Assembly: GCA_040902205.1 (NCBI GenBank)
Contig: JBBDXR010000034.1
Coordinates: 2,859 to 66,858, forward strand
Reading direction: 5' to 3'
From: Anaerolineales bacterium
Lineage (GTDB): Bacteria > Chloroflexota > Anaerolineae > Anaerolineales > UBA11579
Length of the DNA: 64,000 nt
The translations under genes and the position numbers were made by a program. This document shows, piece by piece, positions 36,721 through 45,431 of the stretch (positions are counted from its first letter, which is position 1; every line of letters begins with the position of its first letter). Under the pieces are notes generated by a model that was not told where the DNA came from, searched no databases, and saw only the letters and a program-made list of their open reading frames with translations.

Positions 36721-39700
36721 CTATTCGGCCTCGATCACAAAATGATACAGCCTATTTCCCAGGCTGTCGCTTACCCACAGCCCGCCGCTGTCGTCCGCGG
36801 TGATCCCCTGGGCGATGCCGATGTTCACTTCGCCTTCCGTGTAACCGCCGAAGAAATGCACGAAGGTTCCGTCTTGCTCGAAGACCAGCACGCGGCCCAG
36901 GTCGGGATCCGTTACGTAAACGCGGTGGTCGCTGCCCACGGCCAGATAAGGCTTGTTGGTGATCGACTGGCCTTCCCAGCTTTCAATATCCCAGCTGCGC
37001 AGCGGGTTTAGCAGGCCATCCTGATAACTCAACACCTGCACGCGCAAGTTCCAGGCATCGGCCACAAAGAGCAAGTTCGCTTCCCGATCCAACGCCAGGC
37101 CCACCGGCTCCTCGAACTGGCCCAACTCGAAGCCGCTGCCGCCGATCTGGCTTACGTAGTTGCCGTTCGCATCGTAGATGATGATGCGCTTGTTGCCGGT
37201 GTCCGTCACGATCACGTTACCGTCATTAGCCACTAGGATGTCGCGCGGTCCGTACAGGGCGCCTGTCTGTTCCGTAGTGCCCCACATGGTCACGAATGCT
37301 CCGCTGGCCGTGAACTTCTGAATGCGATAGTTCCAAGTATCCGCCACGTACACAAACCGTCCATCCGGCGACACCGCCACGCCCCACGGTTCTGAAAACG
37401 CGCCTTCGGGATCGTTCGTTTCCACCGGATCGCCAGCTACCCCCCAGGCGTTGATGAACAGGCCGTCCGCATCCAGATGCTGGATGCGATGGTTGAAGGA
37501 ATCGGCCACGTAGAGGCTGCCATCCGGCGCCACGGCCAAGCCGCGCGGCGAGTTGAATTGGCCTTCGCCGCTGCCCGCATCGCCCGTGATCATGTCGAGC
37601 GGCAGGCTGACGCTCTTCCCTTCGTAGGGATCGGCGGCCAGCGCCGCGGGCGGGGCGCCGAGGTCCCAGATCTGCGCGGCAATATCCTTGCGCACGTACA
37701 TACGCATGCTGGCCGCCGGCGACCAGGCCGATGGACTGGGGTCGCGCCCGCGCAGTGTGAGGTAGTTGGTGAAATCGCGATTCAGCCAGACGTCGAATAA
37801 GGCTTCGCGTTCTTCAGGAGTGTCGATGTATTCGCCAATGCGCCCAAAGAGACGGGGCAAGTACTCAAGATAGGACATATCCGTGGTCGGCCGGCCGGTC
37901 TCGGCGGCGAAAGTTGCAGCAAGGCTCTTCTTCTGGAATTCGAAATAATCCTGATTGGGCCACCAGATGCGCTGGAACTGGAACACGTAATAGTCATCTC
38001 GCACGATGGGATCGATCTTGTTGTAGTTGGGATCCCCGGCGATGATGACCGCGTAGTCCCGCAAGTTCAGCGACGGGTTCACATCGTAATACAGCTTATT
38101 GGGATAGTTGCGCAGGTACCACCACAGGGGGTAATTGCTTTCGTTGTCATAGGCCACGCGGATATCCAGCCCATCGGTGAGCCGCAAGGATAGCTCTTCG
38201 AGCTGCTCCATCATTTCCTTGGGGCCGCGCGCCATGTGTGCGTAAACCAGGTATTCCGTAGCGCTGTCGTAGTTGAGATACGCCGCCCGGAACGCGGCCC
38301 GCGCCGTGAGCACGGCCAGCCCGGCGAAGGTCAGCAATACGAACGTTCTGCGTACTTGCGCATCCGGCCACTTGTCCTTGATCACCAGCCAGACCAGCAG
38401 CCCCGAGCTTCCCAGCAGCAACAGGACCGTAAAGACAAAGCGCAGGGTTGCTTGGATCTGGAATTGCTCCATCCCTTGGAAGGGAAGCCCACTCCCCATC
38501 AGAATGCCCATCACATCCAGGAAAACAAAGCCGGCCACCGCCATCGCCGCAACCATGGCCACGCCTCGCCAACTGGCGAACCGCGCCCAGTCCACCCGGC
38601 GGATCACCCAGCCCAGCGCCCAACCGGCCAGCATCAGCAAGGGCAGGGCGATGTGCACCGTGAGCCAGGGCATCTTCTCGCCCGCGATGGTATAGGCCGC
38701 CAGCGCACTGACCGCCCAGAAGGCGAATAGCCACAACGCGATTCGGCGGCTCTCGGCGGGCATCAGGTTCCGCGTTTCAGTTTCCTTCTTGGCCTTATGC
38801 GTGCGCTCGCGTCTCCAGATGCCAAACCCGAGGCCAGCCGCCAGAAAGCTGCCCAGCGCGCCCAGGAATTCGTAGACAGGGATCTGCACCGCCCAATAGA
38901 AATACGAAGGCTGGCTGCCGCGTTCCACGGCCTGCTGCTCAAGCCAATAGGCCAGTGACCCGATCAGTCCGGTGAATGTTCCCAACACCGGGTTGGTGAA
39001 CATCGTGGTGAATAGCGGAACGAATATGAGGAAGAAGATCCCGATATTGATTGACCATTGGCGGAAATTCCAAAGCCATCCAGCCAAAGCAGAGAGGCCG
39101 AACATGACCAGGATCACCAGCACCAGGATGAGCACATTGCCGGAAGCGGGGGATTGCAGGAATTGGCCCCAATTCATCGTGAGGATGGTGTTCTTGAAGT
39201 AGGAATAGCTGAGGTCCGTATTGAGCACGCGGCCCAGCCCCGAGAGCAGGAAGGCTCCCAGATTGGGCAGCACCACGGCGAACAGGATGACGACGAGCGC
39301 GAAGCTGCGCTCCCGCCGCAGGACTTCCAGGCCGTAGCCGCGCACCAGGAAAAAGAGGCTCGCGGCAACAGAGACCAGGGCCAATGCGAGGAGGAAGGAA
39401 CCTGCAAGCGTGCCCGCTTCCTTGGAGGCCACCGCCAGCACGACCACCCCCAAAAACAGAGCGCCGGCCGCCACCAGCAGCAATGAGAAGAACCGCTGGC
39501 GGTCCTCCGCTTCGCGCCATTTGCTTCTCCCTATGCGCGCCAGGAACAACAATCCCAGGAATATCAGGGCTTGGGCCGCGTAGATGAATGAGGTTTCCTT
39601 GGCCGCAAAATGCAGGGCGAGCGCTGTCGTAGCCACGTAGATGTATTTGTTTTCACCCCGATCCAGGTAGCGCAGCATCCCCCAGATCGTTAGCAGGCCG

Positions 39701-40164
39701 AAGAACGCCACCCAGGATTCGTTACGGGCGTAGCGGCTGTAATACAGCATGTACGGCGAGATCAGGAACAGGAACGCGGCGATCAGCGCCCCCACGCGGC
39801 CCAGGTAGCGGCGGAAACCCCACCAAACTAAGAGCACAGTAAACACACCGAACAATGCGGCCGGCGCCCGCGCCGTAAAATCGTTGTCCCCAAAAAGGAA
39901 ATAGCTGAGGCCAATCAAGTGAAATTGCAGCGGCCCATGGGTAAGCGGGTCGTGGGTATACCCGCTGCCCTGCGAAAGCTGCCAGGAGAAGACCACGTGC
40001 GTGGTCTCGTCGTGGCTCATTACTCGGTCGCCCAGGCCATAGAAGCGGCTGACCACAGCCAGGATCAGCAGCGACCCCAATAAGCCGATCTCCCAGGTCA
40101 GTTTGTACTCAGGGAAGATGCGGCGGTCCAACCAGTGTCTTGCTTTAGGAGATTCTTTGAGCAT
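36721..40164 (-). CDS. GT-C fold (ArnT/PMT, TIGR03663-like) polytopic membrane protein fused to a C-terminal NHL-repeat beta-propeller
   Basis: 1147 aa. About 15 hydrophobic segments are followed by six repeats of the type GxFxxPxGxAVxxDGxxYVADxxNxRIQ. Confidence 0.85.
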   Translation of the reverse strand: MLKESPKARHWLDRRIFPEYKLTWEIGLLGSLLILAVVSRFYGLGDRVMSHDETTHVVFSWQLSQGSGYTHDPLTHGPLQFHLIGLSYFLFGDNDFTARAPAALFGVFTVLLVWWGFRRYLGRVGALIAAFLFLISPYMLYYSRYARNESWVAFFGLLTIWGMLRYLDRGENKYIYVATTALALHFAAKETSFIYAAQALIFLGLLFLARIGRSKWREAEDRQRFFSLLLVAAGALFLGVVVLAVASKEAGTLAGSFLLALALVSVAASLFFLVRGYGLEVLRRERSFALVVILFAVVLPNLGAFLLSGLGRVLNTDLSYSYFKNTILTMNWGQFLQSPASGNVLILVLVILVMFGLSALAGWLWNFRQWSINIGIFFLIFVPLFTTMFTNPVLGTFTGLIGSLAYWLEQQAVERGSQPSYFYWAVQIPVYEFLGALGSFLAAGLGFGIWRRERTHKAKKETETRNLMPAESRRIALWLFAFWAVSALAAYTIAGEKMPWLTVHIALPLLMLAGWALGWVIRRVDWARFASWRGVAMVAAMAVAGFVFLDVMGILMGSGLPFQGMEQFQIQATLRFVFTVLLLLGSSGLLVWLVIKDKWPDAQVRRTFVLLTFAGLAVLTARAAFRAAYLNYDSATEYLVYAHMARGPKEMMEQLEELSLRLTDGLDIRVAYDNESNYPLWWYLRNYPNKLYYDVNPSLNLRDYAVIIAGDPNYNKIDPIVRDDYYVFQFQRIWWPNQDYFEFQKKSLAATFAAETGRPTTDMSYLEYLPRLFGRIGEYIDTPEEREALFDVWLNRDFTNYLTLRGRDPSPSAWSPAASMRMYVRKDIAAQIWDLGAPPAALAADPYEGKSVSLPLDMITGDAGSGEGQFNSPRGLAVAPDGSLYVADSFNHRIQHLDADGLFINAWGVAGDPVETNDPEGAFSEPWGVAVSPDGRFVYVADTWNYRIQKFTASGAFVTMWGTTEQTGALYGPRDILVANDGNVIVTDTGNKRIIIYDANGNYVSQIGGSGFELGQFEEPVGLALDREANLLFVADAWNLRVQVLSYQDGLLNPLRSWDIESWEGQSITNKPYLAVGSDHRVYVTDPDLGRVLVFEQDGTFVHFFGGYTEGEVNIGIAQGITADDSGGLWVSDSLGNRLYHFVIEAE

Positions 40165-40258
40165 TGGCGAGTGGGTCTCCGCGCAGGGATGCAGTATTTT
40201 ACGTTAGAGGGTGGGCTTTCGCCAAGTTTGCGGGCATGCGGCTGCCACCCGGTTTCCG

Positions 40259-40996
40259 TCAGGCGCGCTTCTTGGGTTTGGCCGGCGGAGCCTTCAGGAG
40301 CTGCACTTCTTCCGCTGTCAGCTGCCGCGCCTGCCCGGGCTTCATCGCCCCCACATTCAGGCCGGCGATGCGCACACGGATTAGCTTGGCCACCGGCATC
40401 CCCAGGGTGCGGGCGATCTCGCGGATCTCGCGCTTGCGGCCCTCGTGCATGATCACCCGCAGCCAGATGCCTTTGCCCTGCGCCCGATCGATGCGCACCT
40501 CGCAGCGCGCGCTGCGCGTGCCGTCGGGCAGCACCACGCCGCGCCGCCACGCATCCAACTCCTTAGGCTCCGGGTGCCGCGCCACCAGCACTCGGTATTC
40601 CTTCTCGGCCTCATAACGGGGGTGGGTTAGGCGCTGAGTCAGTTCCCCATCATTGGTGAGCAGCATCAGGCCTTCGCTCTCCAGATCCAGCCTGCCCACC
40701 AGGTGCAACTGTTGGCCGCCCGGGACCAGGTCTGTCACCTTCGGTCGCGGGTCGGGACCGGCAGTGGTCGAAAGCACATTGCGCGGCTTGTAGACCGCGT
40801 AATAGACGAATTCCTGCGGCAGCTTAAGTCGGTGGCCGTCCACCAAAATGGCGTCGCTCTGCGCCTCGGCTTTGCTGCCCAGTTCGGCCCGCCTGCCGTT
40901 GACGAATACGCGCCCGGCGGTTATCAATTCCTCGGCCGATCGCCGCGAACCAAATCCGGCGCGGGCCAGGATCTTCTGCAAACGTTCTTCTGCCAT
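40259..40996 (-). CDS. rluB: pseudouridine synthase, RsuA/RluB family
   Basis: 245 aa with an S4 domain (RLQKILARAGFGSRR) and the catalytic GRLDLESEGL. Confidence 0.9.
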   Translation of the reverse strand: MAEERLQKILARAGFGSRRSAEELITAGRVFVNGRRAELGSKAEAQSDAILVDGHRLKLPQEFVYYAVYKPRNVLSTTAGPDPRPKVTDLVPGGQQLHLVGRLDLESEGLMLLTNDGELTQRLTHPRYEAEKEYRVLVARHPEPKELDAWRRGVVLPDGTRSARCEVRIDRAQGKGIWLRVIMHEGRKREIREIARTLGMPVAKLIRVRIAGLNVGAMKPGQARQLTAEEVQLLKAPPAKPKKRA

Positions 40997-41014
40997 GGCG
41001 GCTCGGGCTAACTC

Positions 41015-41605
41015 TTAGCCACTTTCGGGTGTGGGTTCTGGCTCGGGCAGCGTTTCCTGTTTGGCCAGATGGTCGAGGTTCAGTGGCGGCAGCTCCTCCA
41101 GCTTTTGGAGGCCGAAGTGCTGCAGGAACTCTGACGTGGTGGTGTAAAGGATCGGACGGCCTGCGCTCTCGGCCCGTCCGGACTCCTCGATGAGGCCGTA
41201 GGTTAGCAGCGAGCGGAGAGCGCTGTCGCTGTTCACCCCGCGCACATGGTCGATCTGCGGGTGGGTGACCGGCTGCTGATACGCGATGATAGCCAGGCAC
41301 TCCAGGGCCGCATGGCTCAAGCGCGTGGTGGCTTCCAGGTCCAGGAAGCGCTTCACCAGCTCCCCGCTTTGCGGGGCACTGATCAGGCGCAATTCTCCTT
41401 TGTGTCTTTGTAGGCGGACGCCGCGCGCCGCGAACGATTCCTCGAGATTGGGCAGCGCCTTGTCCACCTCACGCGGCGTTACCTCCAGGGCCTCGGCCAA
41501 TTGCTTTACGGACACCAACCCGGGCGCGACAAATAGCAGCGCCTCTAACCTGGCTTCGAGGCTTAATTCCTGGTCGCTCTTTGGTTCAATGTTTTTCGGG
41601 GCCAT
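41015..41605 (-). CDS. scpB: segregation and condensation protein B
   Basis: 196 aa with LEALLFVA... and the ScpB double winged-helix pattern. Confidence 0.9.
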   Translation of the reverse strand: MAPKNIEPKSDQELSLEARLEALLFVAPGLVSVKQLAEALEVTPREVDKALPNLEESFAARGVRLQRHKGELRLISAPQSGELVKRFLDLEATTRLSHAALECLAIIAYQQPVTHPQIDHVRGVNSDSALRSLLTYGLIEESGRAESAGRPILYTTTSEFLQHFGLQKLEELPPLNLDHLAKQETLPEPEPTPESG

Positions 41606-41638
41606 AAACTATAATTTTTCTCTCTTCACCATTTGAAG

Positions 41639-43153
41639 ATGCGATTATACATCCTGCTCTTCTTCGTACTCTTGCTGCTCTCGGCTTGTGCCCCAGCCGT
41701 CGCACCTGCCGAGGCCATCTCCGTCACCATCAGCTTCGATGGCGATTCCCGCTCACTGACCCTGCCAGCTGGCAGCCGCGTGCGCGATGCCATCGCCTCA
41801 GCTGCCATTGAACTCGGCGACCTGGACCGCAGCGAGCCGCCATCCTACACGGAACTGACCGATGGCGATGAGGTCCGCGTCATCCGCGTCACAGAAGAAT
41901 TCGAGACCGAACAATCCACCCTGCCTTTCATTTCGCGCACCCTGCCCAATGAGTCGCTGCCCGTCGGCGAGCAGCGCCTGGTACAGAACGGCGCTAACGG
42001 CCTGCGTGAAGTCCATTATCGTCTGCTCTTCGAAGATGGCGAACTCGTCTCCCGCACCGAGGTCGACTCGGCCGTCCTCACCCAGCCGGTCGAGGAGATC
42101 ATCATGATCGGCGCGCAATCGACCTTCAGCTCCGTGGAGCTCAGCGGCCGCTTGGCCTTCCTCTCCGCCGGCAATGCCTGGGTGCTCGAGCGAAGCAGCG
42201 GAAGCCGCCGCGCCGTGGCCATCACCGGCGATCTCGACGGTCGTATCTTCGAGGTCTCGCCGAACGGCGAGTGGTTGTTGTTTTCGCGCACCAGTTCTTC
42301 GGATGGCGACATCAACGAGTTGTGGGTCGCCCGCCTCGATGAAGGCGACCAGTTCCTCATTGATCTGAATGTCAGCAATGTGGTCCATTATGCAGGCTGG
42401 GTTCCCGGAGACGAATACCAGGTGGCCTTCTCCACCGTCGAGCCCTCGCCCAACCCTCCGGGTTGGCAAGCCAACAACGATCTGCAGTCCCTCACCTTTA
42501 CCGACGCGGGGCAGGTAGCTGAGCTCGAGATTCTGCTTAGCCCGCGCGAAGACGGCTTCTACGCCTGGTGGGGCACCAGCTACGCCTCGTCGCCTTCCGG
42601 CGAGCAACTCGCTTTCTCGCGCCCGGATGGGGTGGGGACCGTGAATCTTGATTCCGATTCCCTCGACGTGTGGTTCACGCTGCCCGCCTTCCAAACCGGC
42701 AGCGATTGGGCCTGGATCCCCGGCCTTTCCTGGCTTGACGATGACAGCTTTTATTACGTCCGCTACGCGCTCAACCCGCCCAGCTTCGCGTTGGTGCTCA
42801 CCGGCCCCGGTGGCAGCACGCAGATCGCCGCCGACGTCGGCATGTTCGCTTATCCGGCCGCGGAACAGGATGGCGGCCAGGTTGCCTTCCTGCGCGCCTT
42901 CATTCCCGCGCAAAGCGATATCAGCACCTATGAGCTGATGGTGGCCACTTCCGAAGGCGTCACCGCCTCCTTGTTCCCACCCGAAGGCGCCGCGGGTCTC
43001 CAGCCGCACCAGGTGGCCTGGTCGCCCTCTGCCGAAAGCGGACCCATGATCGCCTTCGTGTACGAGGGCAATCTTTGGGTCGTCAACGTCCTCACCGGCC
43101 AGGCGCAGCAGCTCACTGGCGATGGCTTGGTCAGCCGCCTCTCGTGGCGCTAG
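41639..43153 (+). CDS. lipoprotein with G5-like domain and TolB-like beta-propeller region
   Basis: Lipobox LLLSAC, then a region resembling a G5 domain (VGEQRLVQNGANGLREVHY), then WD40-like propeller repeats. Confidence 0.75.
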   Translation: MRLYILLFFVLLLLSACAPAVAPAEAISVTISFDGDSRSLTLPAGSRVRDAIASAAIELGDLDRSEPPSYTELTDGDEVRVIRVTEEFETEQSTLPFISRTLPNESLPVGEQRLVQNGANGLREVHYRLLFEDGELVSRTEVDSAVLTQPVEEIIMIGAQSTFSSVELSGRLAFLSAGNAWVLERSSGSRRAVAITGDLDGRIFEVSPNGEWLLFSRTSSSDGDINELWVARLDEGDQFLIDLNVSNVVHYAGWVPGDEYQVAFSTVEPSPNPPGWQANNDLQSLTFTDAGQVAELEILLSPREDGFYAWWGTSYASSPSGEQLAFSRPDGVGTVNLDSDSLDVWFTLPAFQTGSDWAWIPGLSWLDDDSFYYVRYALNPPSFALVLTGPGGSTQIAADVGMFAYPAAEQDGGQVAFLRAFIPAQSDISTYELMVATSEGVTASLFPPEGAAGLQPHQVAWSPSAESGPMIAFVYEGNLWVVNVLTGQAQQLTGDGLVSRLSWR

Positions 43154-43204
43154 ATTGTTGCGCATGCTAAAATCCCGCGCCATCACCATGCCATCCCCTT
43201 CTTT

Positions 43205-43288
43205 GTCATTCCGAGCGAGGGCGTCTTGCGCCGCCTTTAGCGGCGCAGCCCAGAGCCTGCCCTTGAGCGAAGCGAAGGGAGGAATCCC
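43205..43288. repeat. solo repeat R1 (GTCATTCCGAGC... family) with internal hairpin
   Basis: GTCATTCCGAGCGAGG, the hairpin GCGCCGC-CTTTA-GCGGCGC (43228-43246), then TGAGCGAAGCGAAGGGAGGAATCCC. Related to R2 at 48426-48510. Confidence 0.7.
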
Positions 43289-43345
43289 TTTGGGTTTTCT
43301 TCAAAACGTGCATACACTAGAGAGTAGGGCGGTTTCAAGTTGACC

Positions 43346-43492
43346 ATGCGCATCCTCGTAACCGGCGCCGCCGGCTTCCTCGGCTCCCATCTCTGCGACC
43401 GCCTCCTGGCCGAAGGCCACGAAGCCTGTCCTGAGCGAAGCGAAGGATCGTCGGCATGGACAGCCGGAAGGCCGCACTGGAGCGCGCGATGA
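43346..43492 (+). pseudogene. relic 5' end of uxs (31 codons) split by a 23-nt repeat insertion; reads as a 48-codon upstream ORF
   Basis: [26 protein letters not shown] | 23-nt insert at 43425-43447 | VVGMD. After the insert, the shifted frame ends in a TGA overlapping the uxs ATG (ATGA at 43489-43492). Confidence 0.8.
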
Positions 43493-44448
43493 GAGTGCTC
43501 GTAACTGGGGCCGCGGGATTTTTAGGTTCCCATCTGTGCGACCGCCTCTTGGCCGAAGGCCATGAGGTCGTCGGCATGGACAACTTCATCACCGGCAAGC
43601 CGGAGAACATCGCCCACCTGGCCGGCAACGAGCGTTTCCGCTTCATCCGCCATGATGTGTCAAATTACATCCACGTCCCCGGCAAACTGGACGCGGTGAT
43701 GCATTTTGCCTCGCCGGCCAGCCCCAACCCGGCGTCGCCCATCGGCTATCCCAATCTGCCCATCCAGACCATGAAGGCCGGCGCGCTTGGCACGCACAAC
43801 AGCCTCGGCGTGGCCTTTGCCAACAAGGCGCGCTTCATGCTCGCCTCTACCTCGGAGATCTACGGCGATCCCCTCGAGCATCCGCAGAAAGAGACCTACT
43901 GGGGCCACGTGGACCCCATTGGCGAGCGCTCCGTCTACGATGAAGCCAAGCGCTTCGCCGAAGCGCTCACCATGGCCTACCATCGCTTCCACGGCGTCAA
44001 CACCTGCATCGTGCGCATCTTCAACACCTACGGCCCCCGCATGCATATCGACGATGGCCGCGCCGTGGCCAACTTCATCCAGCAGGCTTTGCGCGGCGAG
44101 AAACTCACCGTCTACGGCGACGGCCAGCAGACGCGCAGCTTCTGCTACGTGGATGACGAGATCGAAGGCATCTACCGCCTGCTAGTCTCCGACGTGCACG
44201 AACCCGTGAACATCGGCAATCCCACCGAGATCACCATCGAGCAGTTCGCCAAAGAGATCGACTCCCTTGTCGGCAAGAAGGCTGGCCTGGTATACGACAA
44301 GGATCGCATGCTCTCCGGCGACCCGCTGCGCCGCCAGCCGGATATCACGCGGGCGAGCAAGCACCTCGGCTGGGAACCCAAGATCTCGTTGCAAGAAGGG
44401 CTTAAGAAGACCATCCCTTATTTCAAACAGCAGTTGGGGATTGCCTAA
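43489..44448 (+). CDS. uxs: UDP-glucuronate decarboxylase (UDP-xylose synthase)
   Basis: 319 aa, [20 protein letters not shown]... with the YDEAKR catalytic motif, an SDR extended-family member. Confidence 0.9.
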   Translation: MRVLVTGAAGFLGSHLCDRLLAEGHEVVGMDNFITGKPENIAHLAGNERFRFIRHDVSNYIHVPGKLDAVMHFASPASPNPASPIGYPNLPIQTMKAGALGTHNSLGVAFANKARFMLASTSEIYGDPLEHPQKETYWGHVDPIGERSVYDEAKRFAEALTMAYHRFHGVNTCIVRIFNTYGPRMHIDDGRAVANFIQQALRGEKLTVYGDGQQTRSFCYVDDEIEGIYRLLVSDVHEPVNIGNPTEITIEQFAKEIDSLVGKKAGLVYDKDRMLSGDPLRRQPDITRASKHLGWEPKISLQEGLKKTIPYFKQQLGIA

Positions 44449-44449
44449 T

Positions 44450-44893
44450 CCGTCATTGCGAGGAGCCGTGTTGCCGTAGGCAACTAAGGCGACGTGGCAA
44501 TCTGATAGCCCCTTGACCTGGTACCGTGGTCAAAGAAATAGAGGCCTGCGTCTACATCCTGACCAACTGGAAACATACAGTCCTGTATACTGGAGTAACG
44601 AGTGACTTGGCTCGAAGGATGGAAGAACATTGAAGTAAAACTGGAAGCGCATTCGCAAAGCACTACAATCTAAACACGTTGGTTTTGTGGAGGTTACTGA
44701 GAGATTCGAGGATGCAATTGCCCGTGAGAAACAGATCAAATCTTGGGCGAGGTGGAGAAAGAACGAATTGATAAGTAGCGTCAATCCTGACTGGAAAGAC
44801 CTGTACGATGAATATTTTGATTAAGCGAGTTGCATTTTCCTTCGTAGGTTCAGATTGCCACGTCGCTCCCTTGCTGTGGCAATCTCCGAGACC
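44450..44893. mobile_element. decayed copy (E1) of the GIY-YIG/inverted-repeat unit
   Basis: The left end CCGTCATTGCGAGGAG plus hairpin GTTGCC-GTA-GGCAAC matches the E2 end. There is a perfect 17-bp inverted repeat, GCGACGTGGCAATCTGA (44489-44505) and its complement (44850-44866). The outer right repeat is degenerate. Confidence 0.6.
44526..44824 (+). pseudogene. GIY-YIG nuclease pseudogene
   Basis: Homologous to the 47469-47777 product (ACVYILTNWKHTVLYTGVT...EKQIKSW...NPDWKDLYDEYF). It has an in-frame TGA at 44631 and a 1-nt deletion in the T-run at 44683-44686. Confidence 0.8.
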
Positions 44894-44905
44894 ATTTGCT
44901 GAGTT

Positions 44906-45361
44906 ATGAGCCTAATTAATAGTCGCAAAGAGCAAAAAAGGTTCGTGAAATTCGCCATCGTCGGCGCCATCGGCACCCTCGTCGACTACAGCGTCTTCAA
45001 TCTCGTCGCCTTCCTCTTCGGCGTCGAGGAGCTCTACGCCCAGGGCATCAGCTTCCTGGCCGCCGTCGCCTCCAATTTCATCCTCAACCGCAACTGGACC
45101 TTCCGCGACTCGCGCACCAAGCACGTGCGCGTGCAGCTCGCCCAGTACGTGCTGGTCAACGCCATCGGCCTCCTCATCCGCACCCCCATCTTTGCCTTCC
45201 TTGGCGGCCTGTTTGGCAATATGCTGGCCGGCTTCCAGGTGCCCTTCGGGCTGACTGCACACTGGCTGGCCCACAACCTGGCCCTTGCGGGGGCTATTGG
45301 GGTCGTTTTACTTTGGAACTACTTCGTTAACAGGCGCTGGACATTCGGCGACGTCAAGTAG
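44906..45361 (+). CDS. GtrA-family membrane protein
   Basis: 151 aa with KFAIVGAIGTLVDYSVFN and C-terminal LLWNYFVNRRWTF. Confidence 0.85.
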   Translation: MSLINSRKEQKRFVKFAIVGAIGTLVDYSVFNLVAFLFGVEELYAQGISFLAAVASNFILNRNWTFRDSRTKHVRVQLAQYVLVNAIGLLIRTPIFAFLGGLFGNMLAGFQVPFGLTAHWLAHNLALAGAIGVVLLWNYFVNRRWTFGDVK

Positions 45362-45378
45362 CAGGCTGGAGAAGTGTT

Positions 45379-45402
45379 GCCCGGCGAAGCCGGGCTGTTT
45401 CT
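45379..45402 (+). terminator. terminator-like hairpin after gtrA
   Basis: GCCCGGC-GAA-GCCGGGC followed by TGTTTCT. Confidence 0.55.
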
Positions 45403-45431
45403 CCCGCGTTGCGTAGCAACGCACGGCACCC

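Noticed and set aside
41798-43189. 463-aa minus-strand ORF opposite the G5/propeller lipoprotein gene
   Set aside because: It is an antisense shadow ORF. The plus-strand gene has a lipobox and repeat structure.
44631-44633. In-frame TGA of the E1 GIY-YIG ORF as possible stop-codon recoding
   Set aside because: All other genes in the window use TGA as a normal stop. The same ORF also carries a frameshift and a degraded outer repeat, so decay is the simpler explanation.
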